From Octopus sinensis (Eukaryota): a DNA stretch of 64,000 nt. This document shows, piece after piece, positions 41,703-56,391 of this stretch. The stretch is taken from NCBI RefSeq assembly GCF_006345805.1, contig NC_043005.1, positions 6,014,001 through 6,078,000 of the forward strand, written 5' to 3'. The stretch's first letter is position 1; every line of letters starts with the position of its first letter. The notes under the pieces were generated by a model that made no database searches, was not told the origin of the DNA, and worked only from the letters and a program-made list of their open reading frames with translations. A program made the translations under genes and the position numbers.

Positions 41703-43702
41703 AGCTTATAATATACATACACATGCCAGCTTGGAAAACAGATGTTAAACAGTGATGATGGTATTGATACACATAGGCATATAACACACACACACACACA
41801 CACTCACAACCACACCCACACATACATATATACACGTATACACACATATACAAATGGTTATATGTGTGTGTGTGTGCGTATATACCCCTTGGGCTGCTTC
41901 TCATTCATATTTGAATATATATATAAATATATATACATATACACACAGTCATATGCATATACATGCACGCACACACACATATACACGTGCATATATATAT
42001 ATATAGATATATATATATATATATAGATATATATATATATATATATTTATACACACACACACATATACATACATATACACACACACTTCTACACATATAC
42101 ACACCTATATTTATATCCGAGCATTTAAAACCTTCTCCTTTCTTCCCTTCCCAACCTTTGAGATTTTGATAATTTCCCTTTGATCTCAAGACTGGCTCCA
42201 CATATTCCACCTTTTGGTTTGAGTCTGCCATTGCTGCCTCTCTTCATGGAACTTTCAGGAACATCAATCAGACAGACATGCTTCAGATCTCAAACAGGCA
42301 ACACAAACCACACAGTCACCCTCTGTGTGTATGTGTGTGTGTGGTGGGGTGTATAAATATGTGTCTGTGTGTGTGTATATTTATTGTAGATAGATGTATA
42401 TATATATATATATATATTTATATACAAAATCATCATCTTCAACATCATTTAATGTCCATTTTTTTCCATGCTTGTATGGGGCAGACTAAAGTTATTGACA
42501 CAGATTTTCAACAGCTGGATGCCTTTCCTGTTGCCAACCCTCACTTGTCTGCAGGTGAAGTAATATTTTCCCCATGACAAGAAATATTTTTCATGGAAAA
42601 CTGGAAACAAGCTGATCATTTGTACGATGATGGCACTTGTTTATACCATAATGTGATATATAAAGACTGAGTAACACACAAAAGCACTTGCACACATATG
42701 CATGTGTGCGCATGCACACACACACACACACACACACATCTAGAGGCTTCTTTCGGTTTCAGTCTACTAAATCTGCAGCTTTGGTTGTCCTGGCGTGTAG
42801 TACAAAATACTTGCCCAAGATGCCCAACATGCTTCTCAAATGAACACCATACCTGCGCCTATACAGCCATACTTGAGTGTGTGTGTGTGCGTGTGTCTGT
42901 GTGATCATAATCATCATTTTAATGTCCAGTTTTCAATGTGTGGATATGTGTGAATGCAGTTTAATGTGGCAGATTTTCTCCAGCCAGATGCCCTTCCCCC
43001 TGCCAACCCTTTACCTGCTGCCATGCAAGACAATAATCACCTCCACCACTCCTCCTCAATGACCAGACATGTTATTACGGGGGGAGGGGGAACAGTGCTC
43101 ATATGACAGTAGTGACAATCGGTTTATAACTATCACATGAGGTCAAAAGGAGATTCACACACACACACACGTAAATGTATATGTGTACACAACTGGCTTT
43201 TAGTTTCCGTCTACCAAATTCACTCTTAAGGTTTTAGTAAAAGACAATTGTCCAAGGTGCTGCATGGTGGGACTGAACTCGGAACTATATGCTTTAGAAG
43301 CAAACTTATACACACAAATATATATATACTAGCAGTATTGCCTGGCGTTGCTCGGGTTTGTTTCGGCCCTTTAGAATTCAAAATTTTTGAAAAGTAAAAA
43401 TTTTGCATTATGTAGCTTGTTATTGTCTTTAAGTGAACATTTTTCTGGTTGAAATACACCGAAAAATGGCGACACAGCAGTCAAAAAATGGTTAAAAATA
43501 GGGATTTTCATAGAAAAAAAGCACCTTTTTGATGTAAATAATTTTTAGTGTTGACATGGTCTGATTTGAATTATTTCTTCTATGGAAGGAAGAGCAAGCC
43601 TTCTATCATACTCTCAATTTTGGTCAACTTGCGCTGCAGGGTCTCGGAGGAGATAGTGTTAGTTGAAGGCTACCAACCTAGCACACACACAGACAACTTC
43701 AG

Positions 43703-43758
<56 letters not shown>

Positions 43759-44328
43759 TATAGATATATAGATATCTATAAAAGTTTGGTAGAACAAACA
43801 AGAGAAGTAAAACTGAATGCAGAAAGTTACAAAAGTGGTTTATGGGCTGAGAGTTTTGTATATCTGGCATTTATTGAACTTATGCCACACACAAAAACTC
43901 ACAGACCTTGAATCACTTTCCTAGCTTTCTATTGATTAAAAATAATAACAAAAATGTATCCATAAACATGTGGTTGTGTCCTATCTATCTGTCTGTCCAT
44001 GTCTATACATATACACACATACATAAATACATATATACATATATTTATATATATATTATATATATATATTATTGTGTCTAGGGAGAGTCATTCTCTATTA
44101 GTGCCTTATTATTTAACACACTCACCTGTTCAATTACTTATTCATTTTCTTCTTTGCATGATTCCAGAAAAAATAGATAAGTAAATGAGTGGAAATCAAA
44201 GTGATGAGTGTTTTAAATCATAAGTCACTAAAAGAAAATGACTCTCCCCAGACACAATAAAAGGTGCTTCAACACACAAACACACATAAAGAATCTTGCA
44301 GACCAAATACAAAAACGACATATATATA

Positions 44329-44378
<50 letters not shown>

Positions 44379-44821
44379 AGAGAGAGAGAGAGAGAAAGAG
44401 AGAGAGTGAGCGAGCGAAAGAGAGAGAGAGAGCGAGAGAGAAAGAAAGAGAGAGAGAGAGTATGAAACATGCATGTCATTAATCTGTCTTTTGTGTTGTT
44501 GTTGGTATTTCTTTTATTGTTGTTGTTGTTGTTGTTACTGACATTTTTGTTGTTTGTTTGATGTGCAGGTATCATCGATCTTCCTGATAACATCAAGGCC
44601 TGCAAACACCTCAGGTCGCTTGAAGCAAGTGTCAACCCTCTCGGCAAGTGAGTGAAATCTTTCCTTTTTATTGTTTGCAAATCTTATTGCTGTGAGAACA
44701 TATATGTTTGTGTGTATGTGTGCATATATATATATCATCTATATTTATATCTATATATATATATATGCTTGTGTGTATGTGTGTGTGTGTATATATATAT
44801 ATGCTCGTGTGTATGTGTGTG

Positions 44822-44866
<45 letters not shown>

Positions 44867-46337
44867 ATACACATATATATATATATCATTGTTTAACGTC
44901 TGTGTTCCATGCTAGCATGGGTTGAACAGTTCGACCGGATTCTGGGACGCCAGGAGGCTGCACCAGGCTCCAGTCTGATCTGTTAGTGTCTCAACAGCTG
45001 GACACCCTTTCTAACGCCAACCACTCCGTGAGTGTAGTGGGTGCATTTTACGTGCTATCAGCACAGAGGCCAGAGGAGGCTGGCAATGGCCACAATTGGT
45101 TGGTGCTTTTTACGTGCCACCGGCACGGAAGCCAGCCAAGTATAGTAGGTGCATTTTACATGCCACTGGCAAAGAGGCCAGAGGAGGCTGGCACCAGCCA
45201 CGTTCGGATGGTGCTTTTTACTTGTCACTGGCACAGGTATCACAACTACAATTCCATTTGATTTTGATATTGATGTTGATGTACTTGACTCAATAGGTCT
45301 CCTCAAGCACAGCAGGTCACTCCACGATCTAAGGTAAGCATCACAGGCCGTCCTGCAATCCAAGATACTTTGAATGGGCTGGGGCTATGTGAAACTGGTA
45401 TAGGATACAACCATGAACTCACTTCATTTGTTGGTCTTCGCAGTCACAGCATGTCTCCAGAGGTCTCGGTCTTTCGTCATTGCCTCTGTGAGGCTCAACA
45501 TTCGAAGGTCATGCTTCTCTACCTCATCCCATGTCTTCCTGAATCTACCTCTACCCTGGATTCATATATATATACCTCTACCCTGGATTCATATATATAT
45601 ATATGTATGCATACTGTTGTTTTGTTGTTGTTGTTGTTGATTATCCCAGGTAAGTGTTACCTGAGAAGATATGTGTGTATGTGTATCTTATCATTTTATC
45701 CTCCTCTTTGAGGAAAAAGCATACTTAGCACTGTATTAACCAATATATCCTCATTTTTAAGACAATTAAGTATGATATAATAGCTGCTATTTCTGGCAAG
45801 ATGAGGAACTCCATGTGGGGCTCCATCCTTGGCTAAAGCTGATGATGAGAGTGTGTGGGGAAAAGTAGAAGGATGACAAGTTCAAAGTAATCTTATACCA
45901 ATGATGATAAGGGTGGTGGTGGTAATGATAATCACGATGCTGCTGCTGATGGTAGCTGTGAGGATGGTGATGTCATCGCTGTCACACACAACAACAGCAA
46001 CCTTGACCACCCCTGCAGTCAGTCTTGATAACACAGACTATGATCGCAGGAAGTGCCAGCTGTGATCTTCTCACTCCCCTTTTTTTTCTTTTTTGCACAC
46101 ATCTTGTATCTCAGTCTGAGTATCAACATGTTTTCCCCTTTATAAGATGTGTGTGTGTATGTATACACACACATGAACATACGTACATACATATATATAT
46201 ATATATATAGTGAGAGAGAGAGAAGGAGAAAGAGAGACAGATAGATGGATAGATATATATATTTATGTATGATGTGTGTGTATATATATGTATAATACAT
46301 ACATATATAGATATATATAAAGGATAAAATTATTATC

Positions 46338-46387
<50 letters not shown>

Positions 46388-47222
46388 GTGGCTAGCATGC
46401 ATTAAAACCCCTCAGTGGTAAAAATTAATATGTCTATAATTATGTATATGAGTGATTTAGGTGGTTTAGAATCATTTTGACTTCCATTTCTAGCATGCTG
46501 GAACTTTTCCTAGTACCCTTCATTATAAATATATAGTTATATATAATTATAGATTTATATGTATATGTATGTATTTATATATATATAGTTAATCCAAACA
46601 TGAAAACACAACAACGCGAGGACGTGGAACAAGTATAGTATTATTGGATACTCAGGAAAGAAGGAGGGTTTAACGTTTCGAGCGGAGCTCTTCATCAGAA
46701 ACATAGAAAAAGGAAAGGTCCAAGGAAGGGAAGACGAAGGGAAAAAAATCGCCAACGGTACACACGAGGTCACATTTTGATATATATATGGAGGTGCAAT
46801 GGCCCAGACTAGCAGTTGTAGGATTGCAGTTTCAATTCCCAGACCAGGCATTGTGAGTGTTTATTGAGTAAAAACACTTAAGGAGCCATGAGGCTCAGGC
46901 AGGGAGTGGTGGCAAACCCTGCTGTACTCTTTCACCACACCTTTCTCTCACTCTTCCTGTTTCTGTTGTACCTGTATTTCAAAGGGGCCACATTTGTCCC
47001 ACTCTGTGTCACACTGAATGTCCTTCCAGAATTACGTTAAGGGTACACATGTCTGTGGGGTGCTCATCCACTTACACATTAATTTTTTTTCTGTTTTCAT
47101 TGATCAGATCAACTGGAACCCTCATTGTTGTAACTGACGGGGTGCCACGTTATATAGACACACACACAAATATCAGCATCATTTAACATCCGCTTTCTAT
47201 GCTGGCTTGGGTTACACAGTTA

Positions 47223-47255
<33 letters not shown>

Positions 47256-48048
47256 CTGTGTATGTGTGTGTGTGTATTCCTTCTGCCTCTCTGTCTCTTA
47301 TCACTTGATGTAATATTAACTGATGACTTCATTTCTATCCTATGGTGACAGCAGCACCTACAGCAGCAACAACAGTACCTTCTTCTATTATCTTTTTTTT
47401 TCTCTCCTCTCCTCTCTGCTCCACCCACCTGTTATTCTGGTCTCAAAGTCTTATTAGCTGCTCAAGTCATTTCAGGGTTAAACGAAACACCCACCTTGAA
47501 TCATTTCTAGAAAATCCTGTTAGCACCACCAGGAACTGGAGGAGGGAAGAGATGGATGTGACACAAAGGAAACAGCATGATATGGTGTGTCACTCCACTT
47601 CTCTTCTCACCTTATTCTGTTAACCATGTGTGTTTTGTTTGTCACATATATATATATATATATAAAAGAAAAAATAGAGTGTAAAATCTACAGAAGACTT
47701 GTGTTATGTGGTTAAAGAATATATTTAAATCATCATGTTAGAAAAATGTTATAAAATATTGTGTGTAGTGACTTTATTTTTGGAGAAGTAACTGGTTTCG
47801 TATTTTCTTTTCAAATTTCTCAAATTTCTTTACTGATATTGTGTCATCTCTTTGCTATGGTGTGATACTTTTATACATATACACACACATATATATATAT
47901 ATATATACACACATAGTTTTATATATATATATAGTCACAGGTGTTTTGGGTCCAGTCCCACCTTGGGCAAGTGCCTTTAACTAAAGCCTCAGGCCAACCA
48001 AAGCCTTGTGAGTGGATTTGGCAGATGGAAACTGAAAGAGGCCCATCG

Positions 48049-48097
<49 letters not shown>

Positions 48098-49302
48098 ATA
48101 TATTTGTGTGTTTGTGTTTGTCCCCCCACTGTTGCTTGACAACCGATATTGGTGTGTTTATATGTCCCTCTAACTTAGCAGTTCAATAAAAGTGATCAAT
48201 AGAATAGGTGCTAAGCTTATACAAAGAAGTCCTGAGGTCGATTTGTATAACTAAAAGATAGTGCTCCAGCAGGGCCGCAGTCAAATGACTGAAACAAATA
48301 AAAGAAAAAATATACACACTTATGTTTGTGTGTATGTGTATATATATATACACGGTAGTCTCTTGCCATATCATGGTTCACCTATCGTAGTTTATTATTT
48401 AAGCCTGTATCAACTCCTCCGTGGTGCTGTTTTACATTTATAATAAAATAAATATAGACAAATTACAAAAATGATTAAAAAAATATACACTACTGTTTCT
48501 ACTTCACATAAATTTTGTTTGTACTTCTTGCACTGAAGAGTAGTGATATATAATTAATTTGATTTAATCTAATTAATTTAATTAATTCTATTCAACCGTG
48601 AATTTGCATAATTTTTATATCGCTGTAAGAAACAATTGTCTGCATGAATTAAAATTCTCTGATATATTTTAGCATCTTCTCTTCTCCATTTTTATCAAAA
48701 TTGTTGAGTTTTATGGGATTTCTTTCTATAAATTCACAGAACACACCATATACATACATACATACATATATATATATATATATGTGCATACTCCTGTTCT
48801 CTGGTGGTAGTAGTGGTGTTGTGGTGATGATTGGTGGTTGAGGTTGTTCAGAGTGGAATTCAAATGCTAAAGAAGGTGAGGGCCTTCCTTGTCTTGATCT
48901 CTCCAAGCGAAATCTTTAGTGACATTTCGTGTGCCTTTATGTTCTGAGTTCAAATTTCACTGAGGTTGACTTTGCCTTTCATCCTTTCGGGGTTGATAAA
49001 TTAAGTACCAGTGAAACACTGGGGTTGATGTAATCAATTAGTCCCTTCCTCCAAAATTTCAGGCTTTGTGAAAGGATTATTGTTATTAAGGCGGCAAACC
49101 TGGCAGAATCGTAAGCACGCTGGGTGAAATGCTTAGCAGTATTTCGCCTGTCACTACATTCTGAGTTCAAATCCTGCCGAGATTGACTTTACCCTACATT
49201 CTTTTGGGGTCGATAAATTAAGTACCAGTTGAGTACTGGGGTTGATCTCATCGACTTAACCCGTCCCCTCAAATTTCAGGCCTTGTGCCTGTGATTGAAA
49301 GG

Positions 49303-49357
<55 letters not shown>

Positions 49358-52300
49358 GTAGTAGTAGTAGTAGTAGTAGTATTACTATTAAGGCAGTAAC
49401 TCCCACCGAGCTCAACTCCCACTAAGGTCAACTTAACTTTTCTTCCCTCCAGAGTCAATAATATGATGAATGCTGGGGTGTCAGTGTTATTGACTTTTCT
49501 CCTCCACCAGTTAAGAATAATATTAATAAAGAGATTATTGTAGGCAGTGCTCGGGTGTGCACTGTAACACATTGAGAAAGAAAAGGGTAAGAGAGGAGAC
49601 CAAGTAGAGAGAGAGATCAATGAAGGCTAAAAGGGGACACAAAAAAAAAAAAGAGAAAAGCGAAAATTGAGAAAGCCTTAAAAGGTGCATGAATGCAGGG
49701 CTTTGACCCTTTTCTTATCATATTTCTGTTAAAATATTCTGACAACCGATGGTGGTGTGTTTGCGTCCCCGTAACTTAGCGGTTCAGCAAAAGAGACTGA
49801 TAGAATAATTACTAGGCTTACAAAGAATAAGTCCTGGGGTCGATTTGCTTGACTAAAGGTGGTGCTCCTGCATGGCCACAGTCAAATGACTGAAACAAGT
49901 ACAAGAGTAAAGAGTAAGAAAATTTTGACTGGCATCTCTCAAGAACAAATCATAAAACCTGGGGTGGGGGGGTTGTATAAAAAAAATGCTTAATTGTATG
50001 CTGTGGGGAGAAAGAGAAAGAACAGGATGTTGTGGCTGTCATGTCTTCCTCGAGGATATCAGTTAACCAGTGGTGCTGTCTGTTAGAAAAGAAAAAATTA
50101 CAGAACAACTGCAGCTGCAGCAACAACAATAACAATTACTATGTTGTGTTTCAATAACAAACAAGGAAACAGGAGTCCATCCACAACTTCTTGGTCAAGT
50201 GAGGTCACCATGAGTCAGTACGTAACCTAGCAACACATCAGACCAGCACCTCCCCCACCACGACCACCACCACACACACTTACACTAAAGCTAGAGGTGT
50301 GTTCAATTCTAGTTCAGAGACCTACTTCTGTCTTTTGTTTTATGACTAAGACACAAACAAACAGGGTTTAGTAAAGTCTGTTTCCTTTTTATTTTGAGGA
50401 GTTTCAAGCGGGGGTTGGCTAGGTTAATAAATTTCTGCAATTGGAAATGGTGGAGTGGTTGTTGCTGTAGTTGTTGTTGTTGTTGTTGTCGTCTTGGGCA
50501 AGTGTTTGGGGAGAGGCAGAGACAGAAATGGTAAGTTTTCAAAATAAAAGCATTCTGCAGACAGCAACTGTCAATAAAACAGAAATTTAAAAAATGTATC
50601 CTTCCTCTGTGGCCTCTTACCAAATGATCCAGAAATGACTTGTCATTAAACAACAGCAAGTTCCAATGAGTCGATGAGAGACTCTGTATGGTTGTTGGAC
50701 CTGCTAGAAATAGCAGTCAAATATCTGTCAAATAACACACATTGCTGTCTTATATAAAATTAAAACACTTAAAATAATGTGGTTTTACATGGTCCTAAAA
50801 GAGAGGCTGAAAGGGCATGACTGGAAGGCTTTATATCATTAGTCTGTGTTCTTGACCAAAACTGACCTGGGCTTAAATAAGAATATTGACTTTTAATGAC
50901 ACAGAGAGCATCAAAGTGGTTTCTTGACCTGCTAGAAATAGCAGCCAAATCTCCTTCAAATTGCACCCAACTGTCTTGATAAATGGCTGACACATTAGAT
51001 AATGTGATTCAATACAGTGTCTGCAAAATAAAAAAAAGGCCAGACCTGTCAAGGACGAGTTGCCTTTTATGCTTATAAAAAGTGAAGAAAAACATGCTTT
51101 GAATTGTGAAATTCTGGAATAAACTGCTTGCATTGGTTGTTTGCTATAAGGACACTGTACCCTTCAAAATTTCTATGCTTCCTGGAACCTGCCAACATTA
51201 CTCCTCACTTGCTTATCCAGCTTTTCCTCTTTATGGTTCTTTTACTGTTCATTTTTTTTTTTTACCTTTCTGTGTTTTATTCATGTCCTGAACTTTTGGC
51301 TCTTGTTGTTGTCTCCCCTTATTTGAGTTATTGCTGCTCTCTCGCCTCTTCTACCCTTTTTCAAATGAATTACAGTATACCCAAATGCTGTATTCAATAA
51401 GCTCATTATTATAGTGGTGATTGTGGAGGTGCAATGGCTCGTTGGTTGGGGCAATGGACTTGCAGTTGTGGGATTGCAGTTTCGATTCCCAGACCGGGTT
51501 TTGTGAGTTTTTATTGAGCAGAAACACCTAAAACTCCATGAGGCTCCAGCAGGGGGCCGTGGTGAACCCTGCTGTACTCTTTCACCACAACTTTCTCTCA
51601 CTCTTTCTTCCTGTTTTTGTTGTACCTGTATTTCAAAGGGCCAGCCTTGTCACACACTGTGTCACACTGAATCTCCTCGAGAACTATGTGTCTGTGGAGT
51701 ACTCGGCCATTTACACATTAATTTCACGAGCAGCCTGTTCCATTGATCGGATCAACTGGAACCCTCGTCGTCATAACTGATGGATTGCCATGACGACAAT
51801 AACTGTAATTAAGGTGGCGAGTTAGCAGAATCTTTAGCATGCTGGGTGATATGCTTAGCAGCATTTCGTCTGTCCTTACATTCTAAGTTCAAATTCTGCC
51901 AGGGTCAGTTTTGCCTTTCATTCGTTCGGGGTTGATCAATTAAGTACGAGTTAGGCACTGGGGTCAATGTAATCGACTCGTCCCTTCCCCACAAATTTTG
52001 GGTCTTGTGCCTATAGGAAAAAGGATTATTACGAAGGTGATTAAGGTGGCAGATTTGTCAGCATGCTGGATGAAATGCTTCCAGTGAATCAAATGTGTGC
52101 CTCTATATGATTGTTTGACCTGCTAGAAATAGCTGTCAAATAGCACACACTGTTTTCTTATACAAAGACAGGGCATGTTAAATAATGTGGTACTACAAAA
52201 CTCCTAAAAGAAAAGCTGAATGGTGGCATTTCATCTGCTTTTACATTCTGAGTTCAAATTCTGCCAAGGTCATCTTTACCTTTCATCCTTTCAGGGTCAA

Positions 52301-55300
52301 TAAAGTAAGTACCAGTCAAATACTGGGGGTGATGTAATCAATTAACTTCCTCCCCCTAAATTTTTGGCCCTGTGCCTGTAGTGGAAAGGGTTATTTTGAT
52401 GACCCCAAGACTTCATTCTGTGTTTGTATCATTTCTAGGTTACCTGATGGCATTACACAACTGCTCAACCTGCGAGAACTTTACTTGAATGACACCTTTT
52501 TGGATTTCCTCCCAGGAAACTTTGGCAGGTGAGTCCTATCATATCTTGTGGGTGTGTGTATGAGTGTGTGTGCATGTGTGTGTGTGTGCATGCATGCATG
52601 CGTGCGTGCATATCCCTATGCACGCATTTGTCTGTATTACTTAACTTTTACTTTTACTTGTTTCAGTCGTTTGACTGCGGCCATGCTGGAGCACTGCCTT
52701 TAGTCGAGCAAATCGACCCTAGGACTTATTTTTTGTAAGCCTAGTAATTATTCTATCGGTCCCTTTTGCCAAACTGCTAAGTTACAGGGATGTAAACATA
52801 CCAGCATCGGTTGTCAAGCACAGACACACAAATACACACACACACACAATGGGCTTCTTTCAGTTTCCGTCTACCAAATCCACTCACACGGCTTTGGTCA
52901 GCCTGAGGCTATTATAGAAGACACTTGCCCAATGTGACATGCAGTGGGATTGAACCAGGAACCATGTGGTTGGTAAGCAAGCTAACGTATGCATACATAC
53001 ACACAGACAGCCCCACATACACATGTTCACACATACTGTATATGTACATACATATATGTAAATACATACATGTATGTATACATAGCATGTATAAAACCAT
53101 GTAAGAATGTATATATATAGTTGTCTAGTTTTCATGAAGCATTGTCTGATACACATGTAAATGTTTTAAATGTTTATTTTTAAAGGCAAAACAGTGCAAG
53201 TTATAAAAATTAGCAATTCATGTTGATGGTTAGTATTGTTACCTGGTATTTCAATATTTCAAGGTGGCAAGCTGGCAGAAACGTTGGTACACCGGGCGAA
53301 ATGCTTAGCAGTATTTCGTCTGCCATTACGTTGTGAGTTCAAATTCCGCCGAGGTCAACTTTGCCTTTCATCCTTTCAGGATCGATAAATTAAGTACCAG
53401 TTACGCACTGGAATCGATATAATCGACTTAATACCTATGTCTGTCCTTGTTTGTCCCCTCTATGTTTAGCCCCTTGTGGGTAATGAAGAAATAGGTATTT
53501 CAATATTCCAAGGTTAGGACCTCTTCTTCAAGAAATGTATGGAGAAAAAGTGTTGATAGCTGATTTCTTTAACATTCTGACCTCAAATTTTCCCAAGGTC
53601 AGTTGGCCCCTCATTGTTTTTGCAATTGCTAGAATAAAACTACCACCCAGGGATCAGGATCGATGTAACTGACTGTGTCCCCCAAGTTATGGCTCTGTGC
53701 TTTATGTCAGAAACTGTTGTATTTAACAGATTTTTAAAATCTTTTTTCTTTTTCTGTTTCTTTTGAATGTCATTCATCAAGAATCTTTTTGGTTATTTGT
53801 AAGAAAAGATTTATTTATTTTGGAATCTTATTTGTAGGCTTACCAAACTGAAAGTTCTGGAACTTAGAGAAAACCATTTGAAAACCCTACCAAAGTCCTT
53901 CTCTCGTCTTGTTGAGTTAGAACGGTTAGACATTGGCAATAATTCGTTAACAGAACTTGTAAGTTCCTGTCTTTTGTACAATCCATTTTTGTCTTCTCTT
54001 TATTTTTGTTGCTTCTCATCATCATTATCATCACCAACATCATCGACATCACCATCTTGATTGACATCATTATCATCATCATCATTATCATCAACATCAT
54101 CATCATCATCATCATCTTTGACATGATTGTCATTGATAATATCAACATAACCATAACCATCATCATCATCATCATTGTTAGCAGCAGCAGCTTCCTATGC
54201 TAAATGAATCCTCATAATCCAAATGATTTCTTATTAGTGACCCTTGCTCTCATAAGCTACTACTCCTACTTATCATTGGGGCCTGGCCTCTACAGCAGAA
54301 CAGCCTTCCTATTGCCAACCACTTTACTGAGTATATCAGATGCATTTTTTGTAGCCCCTGCACTGAAAAGGTTGATGAGTCCTCAATGAAACACGGTTAA
54401 AGGGACCGCACAACCCAGTGATTTGTCTACTTGTTTACCATCCTCTTTGCACCGGCACCAAGGATGTTGTCGAGTCTTTGGTGCGACTGGACTGGAGGTT
54501 CTCTCAACCCTACTTTACCCCTGCTGGTTCACCAGTCACTCTAAAGGATGCAGAGGCTGGGTAGGGCTTACAGTCATGGCCAGAAGGCTGCACCAGGCTC
54601 CAGTCTGATCTGGCAGAGTTTCTACAGCTGGATGCCCTTCCTAACGCCAACCACTCCGTGAGTGTAGTGGGTGCTTTTTACATGCCAGGCGAGGCTGGCA
54701 ACGGCCACGATCGGTTGGTGCTTTTCTATGTGCCACTGGCATGGATGCCAGTCAAGGTGGAGCTGGCATTTTAAAATTTCTGAATAGAAAGCTAGCCATA
54801 CCAGAGTCAAATTCAACATGTTTGTCATATTCCAAATGTATTATCTTTAAATATCCTTTTGTTTACCCTAAAATAGCACAAAAACCAATCTTACATACCA
54901 ATCTTTAAATATCCTTTTGTTTACCCTAAAATAGCACAAAAACCAATCTTACATACCAATCTTACATATAAAGAATATCATGACCTATTTATTCCTTTAC
55001 TTTTGTGCATGAGTGAATTCTACACAATTCCAAAAGTTTCTATAGCAAACAAAAATAACTCCCCCCCACCATGCCTTTCTATCAACCCCTCTACTACAGA
55101 CATTATTTCTTTCTATCTCTTTTTATTCCCCCTCTTCCTACACAACTACTTACCCTGACTATCTAGACCACACCTAATTTTCATTCACATTACTCCACTT
55201 ACTAAAGGAATAAGCTACTAAACCACCAAAGATTATATAAATCCAGAAAGGACCAAAGCAAATCACTCTCTGATGATGGTGGAACTTCAAAGTCACTGTC

Positions 55301-55437
55301 AGCCTCTTCCTTGTAAAAGTTCATAAATATGTACTCTACACAAAGTATTGAATAACGGTTTAGTTTAAAAGAAAATTGTTTTATATATAAATTGACATAA
55401 ACACAAACACTAATATAAGAATATCAGTTTATACACG

Positions 55438-55475
<38 letters not shown>

Positions 55476-56229
55476 CTCATACAGACACACATATGTATAT
55501 ACACACATATATACATATGTGTATATAATTATGAATATCTGCACATATGTTTATGTATGTATGCCCATATACATGTATATGTATGTATGTTTATTTGTAT
55601 TTGCATAAATGTGTGTGTGTATATATATATGTGTAGATATCTATACATATATGTATATATTTATATATGTATGTATGTAAGGATATATATATATGTAAAT
55701 ATATATGTATATGCATGCACACACACAATTTAAAATACTGACATATTCTTGCTTTCATCTCTTTTCTATTTTCTTCACTTCCTTTTTCCCCCCCATCCTC
55801 ACCTCACCACTTACCCCTTCTCCTTTTCTCTCTGCTATCACAGATTCCTTCTTTCTTTTCTTTTCCTCTCTCTTCCATATTCTTTCTACTCTCCAATCAC
55901 CTCATCAGTCTCATTTAAGCCAATGGCATTGCCTTGCCTGGTTGCTTCAGCTAAGTTCATGTTTGTATCTGCTTTAGTGAGTCAGCTCAAATGAAGCATG
56001 GAGTTTCATCACCACCACCACCACCACCACCACCGCCATCATCACCATCATCATCATCATCATCATCACTATTTCCACAATCATTATCTTCTCCACCACC
56101 ATGGCGGTAACACACAAACATCATCATCATCACTACTGCCATCACATCCTTATTTAACATGCCAACCAACTCCATCACCTTCATAACAAATGATGAACAC
56201 ATTTCTCTGTATATATATCTATATCTACC

Positions 56230-56286
<57 letters not shown>

Positions 56287-56331
56287 ATCTATCTATCTAT
56301 ATATGCGTGTGTGTGTGTGTGTAAATATATG

Positions 56332-56391
<60 letters not shown>

